62,087 nucleotides of DNA from assembly GCA_964637135.1 (NCBI GenBank), contig CAZWTX010000005.1, positions 62,001 through 124,087 on the forward strand, given 5' to 3'. The position numbers and the translations under genes were made by a program. Positions 1 through 10,048 of the stretch are shown piece after piece. The notes beneath the pieces were generated by a model that worked only from the letters and a program-made list of their open reading frames with translations, ran no database searches and was not told the DNA's origin. How positions within the stretch are numbered: the stretch's first letter is position 1; every line of letters begins with the position of its first letter. Origin of the DNA: an uncultured Methanospirillum sp. (GTDB lineage: Archaea > Halobacteriota > Methanomicrobia > Methanomicrobiales > Methanospirillaceae).

Positions 1-54
1 CGGATTTTCAGATCGTATTTTCACGAGCTCTGAGCAGATGGTGACAACATCCAT
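1..54 (-). CDS. N-terminal fragment of a probable M20 family (ArgE/DapE-like) metallohydrolase, runs off the window
   Basis: Minus-strand ATG at 54 gives MDVVTICSELVKIRSENP, matching the typical 'L..LV.I.S.NP' start of M20 enzymes; starts 8 nt after the stop of the upstream gene. Confidence 0.55.
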   Translation of the reverse strand, partial: MDVVTICSELVKIRSENP

Positions 55-62
55 GGATATGC

Positions 63-566
63 CTACCGGGATGCCTTGTATTCTTCAAAGAGATCGCATA
101 CACGGGAACCCGAGTACATGGCAGAGAGATATGTCTTGTCAAACAGTTCATCGATCATGATCCTGAAGGTTTGTGCAGGAAACGGACGGGTCTCATCGGG
201 ATTAAGAATAATCCGGAATGATCGGTACTGTGCCGGATCATCAGGGCTGTAAATTTTCTGGATAAACAACGGGAATTTTTCAAACTCTGCCGGTTCGGTA
301 ACCTGAAGCCAGGCCATGTATCCGGAAAATAATGCATTATCACCGGATCCTGCCTCATCCACACGGGTTCGCAGGTATTCACGGGAAAGAATATTGCGGG
401 GAGAATCTGCAGAATAAGCAAGCATGGAGATCGAAAAATCGAGATGAGCCATCGCATCAAAATACCAGAATTTCATGACCGGGTGAAATCCGGATAAATC
501 TTCGAGAATAAGAGATCGTCCATATAAATGCTGAAGAACGTGAACATATTCATTGATCTCTGACAT
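63..566 (-). CDS. Hypothetical protein (167 aa)
   Basis: Clean ORF co-oriented with moaA/rlmE, protein-like composition, no motif recognised. Confidence 0.75.
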   Translation of the reverse strand: MSEINEYVHVLQHLYGRSLILEDLSGFHPVMKFWYFDAMAHLDFSISMLAYSADSPRNILSREYLRTRVDEAGSGDNALFSGYMAWLQVTEPAEFEKFPLFIQKIYSPDDPAQYRSFRIILNPDETRPFPAQTFRIMIDELFDKTYLSAMYSGSRVCDLFEEYKASR

Positions 567-606
567 ACTGAAATGTCACCCTGAACACTTAAAAAGGAGG
601 GGGCGG

Positions 607-1488
607 TCAGATATTAAACGGTTCCCGAAGCCGGACCGCTTCCCGGATTGCTTCCAGAAGATCATCACCCCGTTTTCCCCTGATATCGATGAGGTTATCG
701 TCCCTGAGAAGACATGGTTTGAGTTTACCGTCTGAGGTCACCCTGAGACGGTTACAGAATTTACAGAATTCTGAATTGTGCCAGGGCCTGACAAACTCAA
801 CTTCAGCCCCTTCATAACAGTATTTTTTCCGGTGATGCATCCGGCGGGTGATGACCCGTTTGGCATGAGTGGCAATCTTCTCTTCAACCGGGCCCAGATC
901 AGCATGGTATGGGCAGTTGCCAAGATCCATCAGTTCGATGACCTGAAGGATGAGCCGGTGATCACGTGCGGTAAATGCAATAAAATCATCTATCTCATCC
1001 TCGTTGAATCCCTTGAGAAGAACCATGTTAATCTTGATTGGAACGAGTCCTGCGTCAAGGGACGCATTGATGCCATCCAATGCATCTTCCAGGGCATCGA
1101 CCCCGGTGATGCTCTGGTATGTATCACGGTTGAGGCTGTCGATACTGATATTGACCCGTGAAAGTCCGGCTTTCCTGAGATCATGAGCCATCTTGCCAAG
1201 AAGGGTGCCGTTTGTAGTGATGGAACTCTCAATCCCTTTAGGGACACTTTGAATGATATCAATGATATCCGGACGAAGTAAGGGTTCCCCTCCGGTAAAT
1301 TTCACCGACCGGATACCAATATCTCCGGCAACCTGAAGAATTGCCTTGATATCATCCGAAGACATTCGCTTTTCCGGTTTGCATTCACCCTCGCGATGGC
1401 AATAGATACAGCGAAGATTGCATCCTGAATTAAGACTTATCCGGATGTTACTCACCGGACGATCAAACCGGTCGTATAATGCCGTCAT
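607..1488 (-). CDS. moaA: GTP 3',8-cyclase MoaA (radical SAM)
   Basis: LYDRFDRP...RISL, CNLRCIYC motif, KFTGGEPLLR, C-terminal FCKFCNRLRVTSDGKLKPCL. Confidence 0.95.
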   Translation of the reverse strand: MTALYDRFDRPVSNIRISLNSGCNLRCIYCHREGECKPEKRMSSDDIKAILQVAGDIGIRSVKFTGGEPLLRPDIIDIIQSVPKGIESSITTNGTLLGKMAHDLRKAGLSRVNISIDSLNRDTYQSITGVDALEDALDGINASLDAGLVPIKINMVLLKGFNEDEIDDFIAFTARDHRLILQVIELMDLGNCPYHADLGPVEEKIATHAKRVITRRMHHRKKYCYEGAEVEFVRPWHNSEFCKFCNRLRVTSDGKLKPCLLRDDNLIDIRGKRGDDLLEAIREAVRLREPFNI

Positions 1489-1500
1489 CCTGCTCCCTTC

Positions 1501-2094
1501 TCAATTCTCCCGATCACCGATAAAATTCCGGGCTATGATGTATATCTCCGTACTTCCCTTCCGGCTGTTGCGCGTTTTATAGGTTCTTACCGCATAAAAA
1601 TAATCTTTGACTTTCTGGTAAATCCAACTGAATTCTTCTCCCTGGAATGATTTCATCACGAAATTTCCTCCCGGTTTGAGTACATTCACGGCAAAGTCAA
1701 GGGCCTTCTCATTCAGTTCGATAGACCGTGCCTGGTCGTAGGAACGTTGTCCGGATAATTTCGGAGCTGCATCGCAGACGACCACATTGACGGGATCCAT
1801 CAGTCCTCTGATCCGGGCGATAAGAACCGGATCGGTAAAATCCCCGGTAATCGTTGTTACGCCTGAAACCGCCTGGATCGGATTGAGATCAATCCCGACG
1901 ATGGTTCCTGAGGTCTCTGATCTGAGTACCTGTAGCCAGGAACCAGGTGCTGCTCCAAGATCCACGACATTATCATCAGGCCTGAGAATAAGATTGTTCT
2001 GAAGAATTTCCTTGAGTTTAAAGGCAGCACGTGAGCGGTATCCAGCCTGTTTAGCCTTTTGATATACCTTGTCCCTACCCCATTGTGACCCCAT
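1501..2094 (-). CDS. rlmE: 23S rRNA 2'-O-methyltransferase RlmE/FtsJ
   Basis: GYRSRAAFKL, VVDLGAAPGSW, SRKGSTEIYIIA; start reassigned to ATG at 2094 (MGSQWGRD) because the track start overlaps pcn. Confidence 0.93.
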   Translation of the reverse strand: MGSQWGRDKVYQKAKQAGYRSRAAFKLKEILQNNLILRPDDNVVDLGAAPGSWLQVLRSETSGTIVGIDLNPIQAVSGVTTITGDFTDPVLIARIRGLMDPVNVVVCDAAPKLSGQRSYDQARSIELNEKALDFAVNVLKPGGNFVMKSFQGEEFSWIYQKVKDYFYAVRTYKTRNSRKGSTEIYIIARNFIGDREN

Positions 2095-2183
2095 AATCTG
2101 AGTTCCCGCTCTTCGCTCTCTATACATTTCTCCTTCCGGCACATATATCTGTTTAAAACCAAAACCTACTGATGGGAGCGTAG

Positions 2184-2927
2184 ATGCTGAAAGCAACCTT
2201 AAATGCCGATACCTTTCGGGAGACCATTGATGCGATCTCAGCCCTGGTTACTGAATGCCGCCTCCATATTGGAGAAGGAGAGATCTGGACCCGGGCAGTA
2301 GATACTGCAAATGTGGCTATGATTAACCTCACTCTGCAGAAAAGTGCATTCTCCTCGTTTGAAGGAAACCCGGGAGAGATCGGGATTGACATCGCAAAGA
2401 TGAAGAATATCTTCACGATGATGGGCAAAGCAGCAGATGTCTCACTCGAACACCCAGAAGGGGCCAACAAGATCGAAGTCACCTTTGAGGGCTACCATTA
2501 TTCTGTAACCCTTCTCGATTCAAACACCATCAAGAAGGATCCAAATACTCCCAATATCCAGCTTCCCGGCCAGGTGAAAATTTCAGGTTCAGAACTGTAC
2601 AATGTCATAAAATCGGCTGCCATTGTATCAGACAAGATCTGGTTCATCATCGACCAGGATGCAAAGATATTTGCCCTGTATGCCGAGGGGGATTCTGACA
2701 ATATAAGGCGTGAATTCAGCCCGGCAGAATTGATTGATTGTAACTGGCAGCAGGCGAAATCCCTCTTCTCCATCGATTACCTCAAGGACATGGGGAAGGT
2801 AATGAGCCATGCATCATCAGTATCAATCGATCTCGGCAGTGATCACCCGGTAAAATTCTCCTTTGATATTGCGGGTGGCGAAGGGCATGTCGAGTTTCTC
2901 CTCGCTCCCCGTATTGAAGCCGATTGA
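2184..2927 (+). CDS. pcn: DNA polymerase sliding clamp PCNA
   Basis: RAVDTANVAM, SLFSIDYL, C-terminal FLLAPRIE; 247 aa. Confidence 0.96.
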   Translation: MLKATLNADTFRETIDAISALVTECRLHIGEGEIWTRAVDTANVAMINLTLQKSAFSSFEGNPGEIGIDIAKMKNIFTMMGKAADVSLEHPEGANKIEVTFEGYHYSVTLLDSNTIKKDPNTPNIQLPGQVKISGSELYNVIKSAAIVSDKIWFIIDQDAKIFALYAEGDSDNIRREFSPAELIDCNWQQAKSLFSIDYLKDMGKVMSHASSVSIDLGSDHPVKFSFDIAGGEGHVEFLLAPRIEAD

Positions 2928-2930
2928 TGA

Positions 2931-4109
2931 ATGGTCTCCCTTGATCGAAAGGATCTCATAAAATATCCTTTTTTAAAAGAAGCCCAGCAGTTCATTCTCG
3001 AAAAGACATCCTCGCTTGATCAGTTTCTTGATTCCATGTCGGGACGACTGGCGGTCAGGGAAGCTGCCGGGATCATCGAGACATCAATACAGTTCTCACC
3101 GAAAAACCCCCCCGTTATCCCAGAAATCCAATCTGACCCGGAATCTTCGGTTATCTACATCGCAGCCTACCCGGTTACCCGGGTTCTCTTATCCTGTCTG
3201 AATGATCGTTCACTGATTGAGAAAACATCCCGGTACCAGGCCTGGATTGCGTATAATCGTCTTATTGAAGAGGAAGAGGAGAAAAAGGAGTACATACGCC
3301 GTTCGCTGGATCTTCCCGGTACCGCAGGAGTGATTCCGGTGACCCTGTACCTGGAGATCGCTTCCAGAATGCCGGAGAGCAGGTGGAGGCTGATCAACAG
3401 GGTGGTTGAGCAGGGTCAGGTATACATCAGAAGTGAAGAGATCGACGAACTGGCAAGGGAACGGCTCAGGGTTATCATGAACACCCATCTTCCCATGAAA
3501 ATTCCGTTATCCATCTGTACGATCCTACAACCGGTGATCGATCGGCTCTCGACGCTCTGGCAGGAAAAGATCCTGGAGGAATTTGGATCCGTGGAGGAAT
3601 CTGCGTTCCCTCCTTGTATCCAGTCGATCATCCAGGCACTTGCTGCCCATACTCATCTGTCACATATGGGTAGGTTTGCCATAACGGCCTTTCTTCACAA
3701 TATCGGGATGGAAAATACGAGAATTGTAGAAATTTACGGAAGGGTGCCTGATTTCGACCTGCAGAAAACGATGTACCAGGTCGATCATATCTCCGGACGA
3801 GGCGGAGCGGGAACAGAATACACTTCTCCGCAGTGTTCAACCATGAAGACCCATTCGCTCTGTATTCATCGGGATTCATTCTGCGATGGGATTAACCACC
3901 CTCTCCAGTATTATAAATACAAGAAACGGTTGATTGAAGGAGATAAACGGAAAAAAGATCAACCCGGAAAAAAAACGGATAAAATCCGGTCAGGCAGTAT
4001 TCCTGATTATGTACCCGCCGATACTGATAACTCCCACAAAGAGCAGCAGAGCAATGAGATAGGCAATATCTCCCGGAATGATCATCGGAATGACAATAAC
4101 AAGGCCTAG
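2931..4109 (+). CDS. priL: DNA primase large subunit PriL
   Basis: KYPFL start, AFPPCI, HMGRF, YTSPQCSTMK...C...C...HPLQYY Fe-S domain; directly follows pcn. Confidence 0.92.
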   Translation: MVSLDRKDLIKYPFLKEAQQFILEKTSSLDQFLDSMSGRLAVREAAGIIETSIQFSPKNPPVIPEIQSDPESSVIYIAAYPVTRVLLSCLNDRSLIEKTSRYQAWIAYNRLIEEEEEKKEYIRRSLDLPGTAGVIPVTLYLEIASRMPESRWRLINRVVEQGQVYIRSEEIDELARERLRVIMNTHLPMKIPLSICTILQPVIDRLSTLWQEKILEEFGSVEESAFPPCIQSIIQALAAHTHLSHMGRFAITAFLHNIGMENTRIVEIYGRVPDFDLQKTMYQVDHISGRGGAGTEYTSPQCSTMKTHSLCIHRDSFCDGINHPLQYYKYKKRLIEGDKRKKDQPGKKTDKIRSGSIPDYVPADTDNSHKEQQSNEIGNISRNDHRNDNNKA

Positions 4110-4193
4110 AAAGATGAAAAGACTCCCCAGTCCGACGACAGCATCGAGCATCCAGCGTTTCATATCAATGTACATATGTCCTCCTGCCTTCAT
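3990..4193 (-). CDS. Small two-TM membrane protein
   Basis: Two strongly hydrophobic segments; GGAGG upstream of internal ATGs, so the true start may be slightly downstream; overlaps the priL tail. Confidence 0.6.
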   Translation of the reverse strand: MKAGGHMYIDMKRWMLDAVVGLGSLFIFLGLVIVIPMIIPGDIAYLIALLLFVGVISIGGYIIRNTA

Positions 4194-4240
4194 TAATGAT
4201 AATGACCCGGAATGGATGATTGGTGAGTGAGGATGATTCC

Positions 4241-4807
4241 ATGAATGAGGAACAGGAACTGGTTCTCCGTGAACTCAGCACAGCAGTCGGCCATCTGGTG
4301 CAGGAAATGTCTCCTTCACTCATCCCGGAAGTCGGATCAAACATTGTCTACGCCCTTCAGAGAGCACAAAAGCCCGAAGATGTTGCTGCTGTCAGCGGCC
4401 GGATCGTGATTGTGAAAGGAGCAGTCCATCCGGTCGGCCCGGTTGAATTCGGCGCGAGCAGTCATATTGCACGGGTCGTACTGACCGCGATGCGATTTGA
4501 TCCCACCATCAGATCAGCTGCGAATATCAGATACATTCCTGAGATCATCGATATCTGCGAAGATCTTCTCCTTGAAATCAGGTCGTTTGACCGCTCACGG
4601 GAACCTCCGGGGGTTGCAACCATGGACTGGGGCGTTGCATTCTGCTGCCAGGATGAGGAAGGTATTCCTGACATCATCTATGACACCGGTTCAATGGGAA
4701 AAGAACCGATGATCCGGATTCTTGCAGAGAATCCGGGCCGGGTTGCAACAAGAGTTTATAAGATATCCGAGCGCATAATAGATACAAACCCTTCGAGGAT
4801 TCGATAA
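4241..4807 (+). CDS. Thiamine-phosphate synthase (ThiN-domain) family protein
   Basis: LIPEVGSNIVYAL, DVAAVSGRIV, FGASSHIAR, RSAANIRY, GKEPMIRIL; ATG at 4241 preferred over TTG at 4220. Confidence 0.85.
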   Translation: MNEEQELVLRELSTAVGHLVQEMSPSLIPEVGSNIVYALQRAQKPEDVAAVSGRIVIVKGAVHPVGPVEFGASSHIARVVLTAMRFDPTIRSAANIRYIPEIIDICEDLLLEIRSFDRSREPPGVATMDWGVAFCCQDEEGIPDIIYDTGSMGKEPMIRILAENPGRVATRVYKISERIIDTNPSRIR

Positions 4808-4998
4808 TGGGAATTAAACCAAGCTATATCAAGAACATTGGCACGGAACTTCTGGAGTATCACCGGGAAAAATTCTCCAACGATTTTGACGAGAACAAGA
4901 AGGTTGTCCAGACCGCAACCAATATTCCAAGTAAGCGTGTCCGAAACCGCGTTGCAGGATTCATCACAAGAAAGATAAATACCGGAAGACTGGTATAG
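4807..4998 (+). CDS. rps17e: 30S ribosomal protein S17e
   Basis: MGIKPSYIK...FDENKK...SKRVRNRVAGFIT. Confidence 0.95.
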   Translation: MGIKPSYIKNIGTELLEYHREKFSNDFDENKKVVQTATNIPSKRVRNRVAGFITRKINTGRLV

Positions 4999-5006
4999 AT
5001 AAGCGT

Positions 5007-5882
5007 ATGTTTGAGGGAATTTTTCCCGCACTAATTACCCCTTTTCAACGAAACGCTAACAAAGACCTGGATTTGGACGGATTACGTTCAAATATTTCTT
5101 TTCTGCTCAAGGCTGGTGTTCACGGGGTTGTCCCCTGTGGTTCAACTGGTGAATCAGCAACCCTGAGTTTTGCCGAACATGAAAAAGTCATAGAGGTCAC
5201 TATTGACGAAGTCGGGGGAAAAGTCCCGGTGCTTGCAGGAACCGGATCAAACAATACTTCCGAGGCACTCCGGTTCACGAGGGCGGCAAAGGATGCCGGC
5301 GCTGACGGCGTCCTCGTCATCAGCCCGTATTATAACAAACCGAACCGCCCGGGGCTTGTCAAACATTACTCAGCGCTTGCTGACCTTGACATCCCGGTGG
5401 TCATTTACAACGTCCCGGGACGAACCGGGCAGAACCTCGCCCCCGAACTGATTGCCGAACTCGCAACCAACCCAAACATCGTCGGGATCAAGGAGGCAAG
5501 CGGGGATATCAACCAGATCTCGATGATTGCAGAACTGACCAGGGACGAAGATTTCACCGTCATATCAGGTGACGACGGACTGACACTCCCCATTCTGGCG
5601 CTCGGAGGAGGGGGGGTTATATCCGTTGTCGCGAATATTGCACCTAAGCCGATGATTGAGATGTACGATGCGGTTCAGAACGGTGATTTCGCGACAGCAC
5701 GGAACATCCATTTTGCACTCGCTCCGCTCTGCCGTGCCATGTTCATCGAAAGTAACCCGATCCCGGTGAAGAAGGCAGCAGAACTCTGCGGACTGGCATC
5801 CGGTCCGCTCAGACTGCCGCTTGATGAGGCATCAGAAACGACCACAACCAGACTATCGGAGATCGTGAACAGGTATGATTAA
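5007..5882 (+). CDS. dapA: 4-hydroxy-tetrahydrodipicolinate synthase
   Basis: PALITPF, GSTGES, SPYYNKP, YNVPGRTG, GIKEASG. Confidence 0.96.
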   Translation: MFEGIFPALITPFQRNANKDLDLDGLRSNISFLLKAGVHGVVPCGSTGESATLSFAEHEKVIEVTIDEVGGKVPVLAGTGSNNTSEALRFTRAAKDAGADGVLVISPYYNKPNRPGLVKHYSALADLDIPVVIYNVPGRTGQNLAPELIAELATNPNIVGIKEASGDINQISMIAELTRDEDFTVISGDDGLTLPILALGGGGVISVVANIAPKPMIEMYDAVQNGDFATARNIHFALAPLCRAMFIESNPIPVKKAAELCGLASGPLRLPLDEASETTTTRLSEIVNRYD

Positions 5883-6636
5883 AGTAGCAATTTGCGGCGC
5901 CCTTGGCCGGATGGGGACGATTATCGGAGGAATCGTCGAAAAGGATCCTGAACTAAAACTGGTTGGCGGTGTTGATATCAAGCCGGGAGAGTTTTATGGT
6001 GTACCGGTGGTCACTTCAGACCGGTTTAAGGATTTCCTGGCAGAGAAAAAACCTGATGTGGTCATCGACTTTACCATTGCCGCTGCCTCTGTTGTCAATG
6101 TCCCGATAGCCGCACGGGCAGGGGCAGCTATCATTCTCGGAACAACCGGGCTCTCCCCTGACCAGCAGGCACTGATACACCAGGCAATCGGCGAGGGAAA
6201 AGTACCCGCAGTTATAACAACAAATTTCTCCATCGGCATGAACACGTTCTGGATGCTCATCCGGGAAGCAGCACGCAGACTTGGGGAATATGATATCGAA
6301 CTGACAGAAGCACATCACCGGTACAAGAAAGACTCCCCAAGCGGAACGGCACGAACGATTCTCCAGATCCTTCAGGAAGAAGTCGGACCCCGGGAAGAGA
6401 TGTTCGGCAGGGAGGGAATGATGGACAGGGGCAATGAAATCGGGGTACATGTTCTGCGTGGAGGGGACATCGTCGGAGATCATGAAGTGATGTTTGCCGG
6501 AAACTATGAGACCATCACCCTCAGTCACCGGGCATATGATCGGGCGGTATTTGCAGAAGGAGCAGTCCGGGCGACACGGTGGGTGGCAGGAAAGAACCCG
6601 GGAATCTACACAATGAAAGATGTCCTTCAGCTCTGA
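5875..6636 (+). CDS. dapB: 4-hydroxy-tetrahydrodipicolinate reductase
   Basis: GALGRMG, GTTG, EAHHRYKKDSPSGTA, RGGDIVGDHEV. Confidence 0.96.
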   Translation: MIKVAICGALGRMGTIIGGIVEKDPELKLVGGVDIKPGEFYGVPVVTSDRFKDFLAEKKPDVVIDFTIAAASVVNVPIAARAGAAIILGTTGLSPDQQALIHQAIGEGKVPAVITTNFSIGMNTFWMLIREAARRLGEYDIELTEAHHRYKKDSPSGTARTILQILQEEVGPREEMFGREGMMDRGNEIGVHVLRGGDIVGDHEVMFAGNYETITLSHRAYDRAVFAEGAVRATRWVAGKNPGIYTMKDVLQL

Positions 6637-6657
6637 TACCGGCCTCTTACGAAACCT

Positions 6658-6671
6658 ATTTTTCTCTTTTT
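6658..6671 (+). terminator. T-rich tract after dapB, possible archaeal terminator
   Basis: ATTTTTCTCTTTTT about 20 nt after the dapB stop. Confidence 0.35.
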
Positions 6672-6693
6672 GAGTACCTTATAACAGATATCA

Positions 6694-6867
6694 ATGACGG
6701 CAATTGTAGATAAGAATGCCTGTACCGGCTGTGAAACCTGCGTAGATGATTGTCCGGCCGCGGCTATCAAAATGGAGAATGAAAAGGCATCAGTAAATGC
6801 CGACCTTTGTGTAGACTGTGGTTCCTGCGTGGATGTTTGTCCTGCAGAAGCCATTTCCATGGAATAA
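6694..6867 (+). CDS. 2x[4Fe-4S] ferredoxin (57 aa), not in the ORF track
   Basis: Hand translation MTAIVDKNACTGCETCVDDCPAAAIKMENEKASVNADLCVDCGSCVDVCPAEAISME with two CxxCxxCxxxCP motifs. Confidence 0.95.
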   Translation: MTAIVDKNACTGCETCVDDCPAAAIKMENEKASVNADLCVDCGSCVDVCPAEAISME

Positions 6868-6908
6868 AACCCTCATTTTTATTACCGGGTCGGTTCCATC
6901 TATCCGGT

Positions 6909-7925
6909 ATGATCAGTGTAGGAGTGCTCGGTGCAACCGGTGCGGTTGGCCAGCGATTTGTACAGCTCCTTGCAGATCACCCGTTCTTTGATCTCTCGGT
7001 TCTGACTGCCTCTTCCCGGAGTGCCGGTAAAAAATACCGGGATGCTGTGAACTGGCGACTGGATGCTCCCTTTCCTGAAGAGACAGGAGAGATAGTAGTA
7101 TCTGATACCTCTATCGAAAGTCTGAAGAAGGTTGATCTGGTGTTCTCTGCTCTTCCCGCAGATCTGGCTGGCGAAGTGGAGATGCAGTGTGCCAAGGCCG
7201 GTATCGGTGTATGTAGCAATGCATCCACCTATCGGATGGAGGAGAACGTCCCTCTCGTGGTTCCGGAACTGAATGCCGATCATCTCGGACTGATCGACCT
7301 GCAGCATGATTCAGGAATGGACGGGTTCATTGTGACCAACCCGAACTGCTCCACCATCATGCTCACCGTTTCACTTGCACCACTCAGGAAATTTGCATTT
7401 TCCGACCTGAGGGTTGCCACGATGCAGGCAATATCGGGAGCAGGATTTGAAGGAATCGCAGCGATGTCCATCTTCGATAACATGGTGCCATATATCGCCA
7501 ATGAAGAAGAAAAGATGGAGCGGGAGACCCTCAAAATTCTGGGAACCTTCGACGGGGCGGAGATACAAAAGGCATCCTTCTCAATGAGTGCCAGCTGCCA
7601 CCGCATACCGGTTATAGACGGCCATTCAATGGCAGTCTGGCTCGATATCAAAGAACCGGTCGAAGTAATAGCGGATGCGTTCAGAACCTGGCGATGTCCG
7701 CTCTCTGATCTCCCCACCCTTCCGAAGAAATCAGTTGAATACATGGAGCAGCCCGACCGTCCGCAGCCCCGTCTCGACAGGATGAAAGGAAACGGGATGA
7801 CCGTCTCGGTCGGGAGAATCAGACCACAGATCAGGTATGTCTGCTCTGGGCATAACACGATTCGGGGAGCAGCAGGGGCTTCTGTCCTGAATGCCGAAGT
7901 AATCCATGACAGGGGTTTCATCTAG
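6909..7925 (+). CDS. asd: Aspartate-semialdehyde dehydrogenase
   Basis: VGVLGATGAVGQRF, TNPNCST, QAISGAG, HNTIRGAAGAS; start reassigned to ATG at 6909. Confidence 0.96.
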   Translation: MISVGVLGATGAVGQRFVQLLADHPFFDLSVLTASSRSAGKKYRDAVNWRLDAPFPEETGEIVVSDTSIESLKKVDLVFSALPADLAGEVEMQCAKAGIGVCSNASTYRMEENVPLVVPELNADHLGLIDLQHDSGMDGFIVTNPNCSTIMLTVSLAPLRKFAFSDLRVATMQAISGAGFEGIAAMSIFDNMVPYIANEEEKMERETLKILGTFDGAEIQKASFSMSASCHRIPVIDGHSMAVWLDIKEPVEVIADAFRTWRCPLSDLPTLPKKSVEYMEQPDRPQPRLDRMKGNGMTVSVGRIRPQIRYVCSGHNTIRGAAGASVLNAEVIHDRGFI

Positions 7926-7934
7926 GTTCGCTTC

Positions 7935-8207
7935 ATGCAGGACGATAACATCATCTTTGTCGGGAATAAGCCGGTCATGAATTATGTTCTGGCGGTGGTT
8001 ACCCAGTTTGGCAACGGAGCCAGGGAGGTAGCGGTAAAAGCCCGGGGCAAGGCCATATCACGGGCTGTCGATACCGCTGAGATTGCGCTGAACCGGTTCC
8101 TTCACAATGTTGAGAAACAATCAATCACTACTTCCACCGAACTGGTTGATACGGAAAACGGAAAAACGAATGTTTCATCAATCGAGATAGTTCTTGTAAC
8201 CCGGTAA
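7935..8207 (+). CDS. albA: DNA/RNA-binding protein Alba
   Basis: [34 protein letters not shown]. Confidence 0.96.
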   Translation: MQDDNIIFVGNKPVMNYVLAVVTQFGNGAREVAVKARGKAISRAVDTAEIALNRFLHNVEKQSITTSTELVDTENGKTNVSSIEIVLVTR

Positions 8208-8261
8208 TCCATCCCTTTTTATACCGAAGGTATATATCACTCTGTTTCGTACCCTATACGA

Positions 8262-8702
8262 ATGAATACCAGCTGCTGGCTCGTATGGTTCGGGCTGCTC
8301 ATGGTTTGTACCGTTCAGGCGCAGGCAGCTGTTCCCGATTCGCATGGGTATATCGGTATCAGGTCACTCCAGATTAACCTGAGCGATGGTTATGCGGACG
8401 CCCATGTGGAGTACGAAATTGACGAGGCATTCCGCGTCATCATGCTTGTTTTCGGGGAGAACGATGCAAAGGACAAACTCAGAGAACTGCTTGCCTTTGA
8501 GAATGCCACGATAACCGGGATGTCCTTCAGTTCCGCTGACCTGCGGATTTTTGATGTAAAACAGGTGTATGGAGATGGCCTGTACTGGTTCCCGGCTCAT
8601 TCATTCAATACCGTGATACCCAATCTTACGATCTGTTCAAACCAGGGATGCACGGGATGGAATAATGTCACATCTCTTGACGAAGGTATCGCATATTATT
8701 GA
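8262..8702 (+). CDS. Hypothetical secreted protein
   Basis: Signal-peptide-like N-terminus ending AQA; TATA-like element upstream. Confidence 0.7.
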   Translation: MNTSCWLVWFGLLMVCTVQAQAAVPDSHGYIGIRSLQINLSDGYADAHVEYEIDEAFRVIMLVFGENDAKDKLRELLAFENATITGMSFSSADLRIFDVKQVYGDGLYWFPAHSFNTVIPNLTICSNQGCTGWNNVTSLDEGIAYY

Positions 8703-8760
8703 TCTGATTTTTGAAACGATCCGGATGGATACAGCCATCGCGTAGTGAAAAAGGGGGGGG

Positions 8761-8994
8761 TTATCCCGGATGTTCTTCCATGGCCGCATAGCACTGTCTG
8801 AATAACTCCCTCGTTTCAAGAGCTTCGTCCCGGTTTAATTTCTGTATCGCAAAACCGACATGCACGAGAACGAATTCACCAGGAACCACATCTACGAGAT
8901 CAATCCTGATATCCTGTTGTAACTCTCCAAAATCTACAAGGGCAATATTATTCTCTCTTATTTCGATTATTTCTGCAGGGATGGCAATACACAT
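8761..8994 (-). CDS. hypC: Hydrogenase maturation chaperone HypC/HupF
   Basis: MCIAIPAEI start, FVLVHVGFAI. Confidence 0.95.
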   Translation of the reverse strand: MCIAIPAEIIEIRENNIALVDFGELQQDIRIDLVDVVPGEFVLVHVGFAIQKLNRDEALETRELFRQCYAAMEEHPG

Positions 8995-9108
8995 ACAACT
9001 GGCTCCGGGTCCGGAGAATGATTCTCCGGATGATATAGTTTCGTTCGATCTTCAATGATATATCTCTGTTCCCGTCTGGAACAGGAACGGAAATGGGGTT
9101 GGAAGAGG

Positions 9109-9501
9109 TCAGATTCTCTCAATACTGATGATAGTGACCGGGGTACCCCACATCATCACTGACATTCTCCCGGGATCTTGCCGGGCAGTATAGCGGACAG
9201 ACAACCCGTCTATTTTATATTCTCCAGGGAGAACATTCGGGAGGAGTGATTGACCGTCAGCGGACAGAATTCCGAAAAAGCCCCCTTCGAGATCGATGTA
9301 GGTGATGGTCCCGGTCCCGGATACCAGGTCATCCTCAGGCGCAGCCGGTTGTGGAGGTTCAGGGGATAAATTCTCCGGATCTGGAGATGAGTCAGGATCC
9401 AAAGGTCCGTCATGAGAAACCTTTTCAGTACAACCGGGGATAAAAAAACCGGTTATCAGAAGCAATCCGATCAAAATCACCAGGAATGAGGGTGTTGCCA
9501 T
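9109..9501 (-). CDS. Hypothetical lipoprotein
   Basis: Hydrophobic stretch then PGC lipobox-like site, Pro-rich linker, GTITYIDLEGGFFGI domain; start set at MATPSF (9501). Confidence 0.7.
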   Translation of the reverse strand: MATPSFLVILIGLLLITGFFIPGCTEKVSHDGPLDPDSSPDPENLSPEPPQPAAPEDDLVSGTGTITYIDLEGGFFGILSADGQSLLPNVLPGEYKIDGLSVRYTARQDPGRMSVMMWGTPVTIISIERI

Positions 9502-9635
9502 AGTACTGAAATATTTTTCCCGCATGTCATTATGATACCTTCCCAAAATACCTCAATCAGGCAGAACTATTCACGTATGTTCAAAAACCCTAAACCCAGA
9601 CATAATTTTATGGATACAGATAGAGATTATGATAC

Positions 9636-10043
9636 ATGATCTCTCCATTGCCTGGCGGGATGTCATTCCTCACCGATATAACAATATTCATCGTGTTCAT
9701 CCTTTTTTTCAGGCTTAATGATGATCATCCCCGGGAGCATGAAAAAATATCCTGGATGGTGCCGATACCCACCGATCTGCTCCAACGCCTGCGAGGTTTT
9801 TCTCCGGTAGCAGTAGCAAAGGCTACCGGAATGAATCTGGATGATGTGTTTGACCTCCTAAAAGGCAATAAGACCCGTACGGCACCAGAAATTGTTGAAA
9901 TACTGGAATGTGCACTGAAAAAACTCGAAGATGATGATGAGCGGATGGAGAAGGAAGCAGCGAAGATCTGTTTCATGATACGGGGTCTTGATTCAATAGA
10001 AAAGAAGGAAAAACACAAGCAATTAAAAGATCCCGGAAAATAA
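9636..10043 (+). CDS. Hypothetical protein with possible XRE-like HTH
   Basis: FSPVAVAKATGMNLDDVFDLLKG resembles a Cro/XRE HTH; hydrophobic N-terminal part; alternative start at 9756. Confidence 0.55.
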   Translation: MISPLPGGMSFLTDITIFIVFILFFRLNDDHPREHEKISWMVPIPTDLLQRLRGFSPVAVAKATGMNLDDVFDLLKGNKTRTAPEIVEILECALKKLEDDDERMEKEAAKICFMIRGLDSIEKKEKHKQLKDPGK

Positions 10044-10048
10044 TCCCG

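Noticed and set aside
6627..6860. Minus-strand 77-aa ORF
   Set aside because: Antisense shadow of the ferredoxin gene
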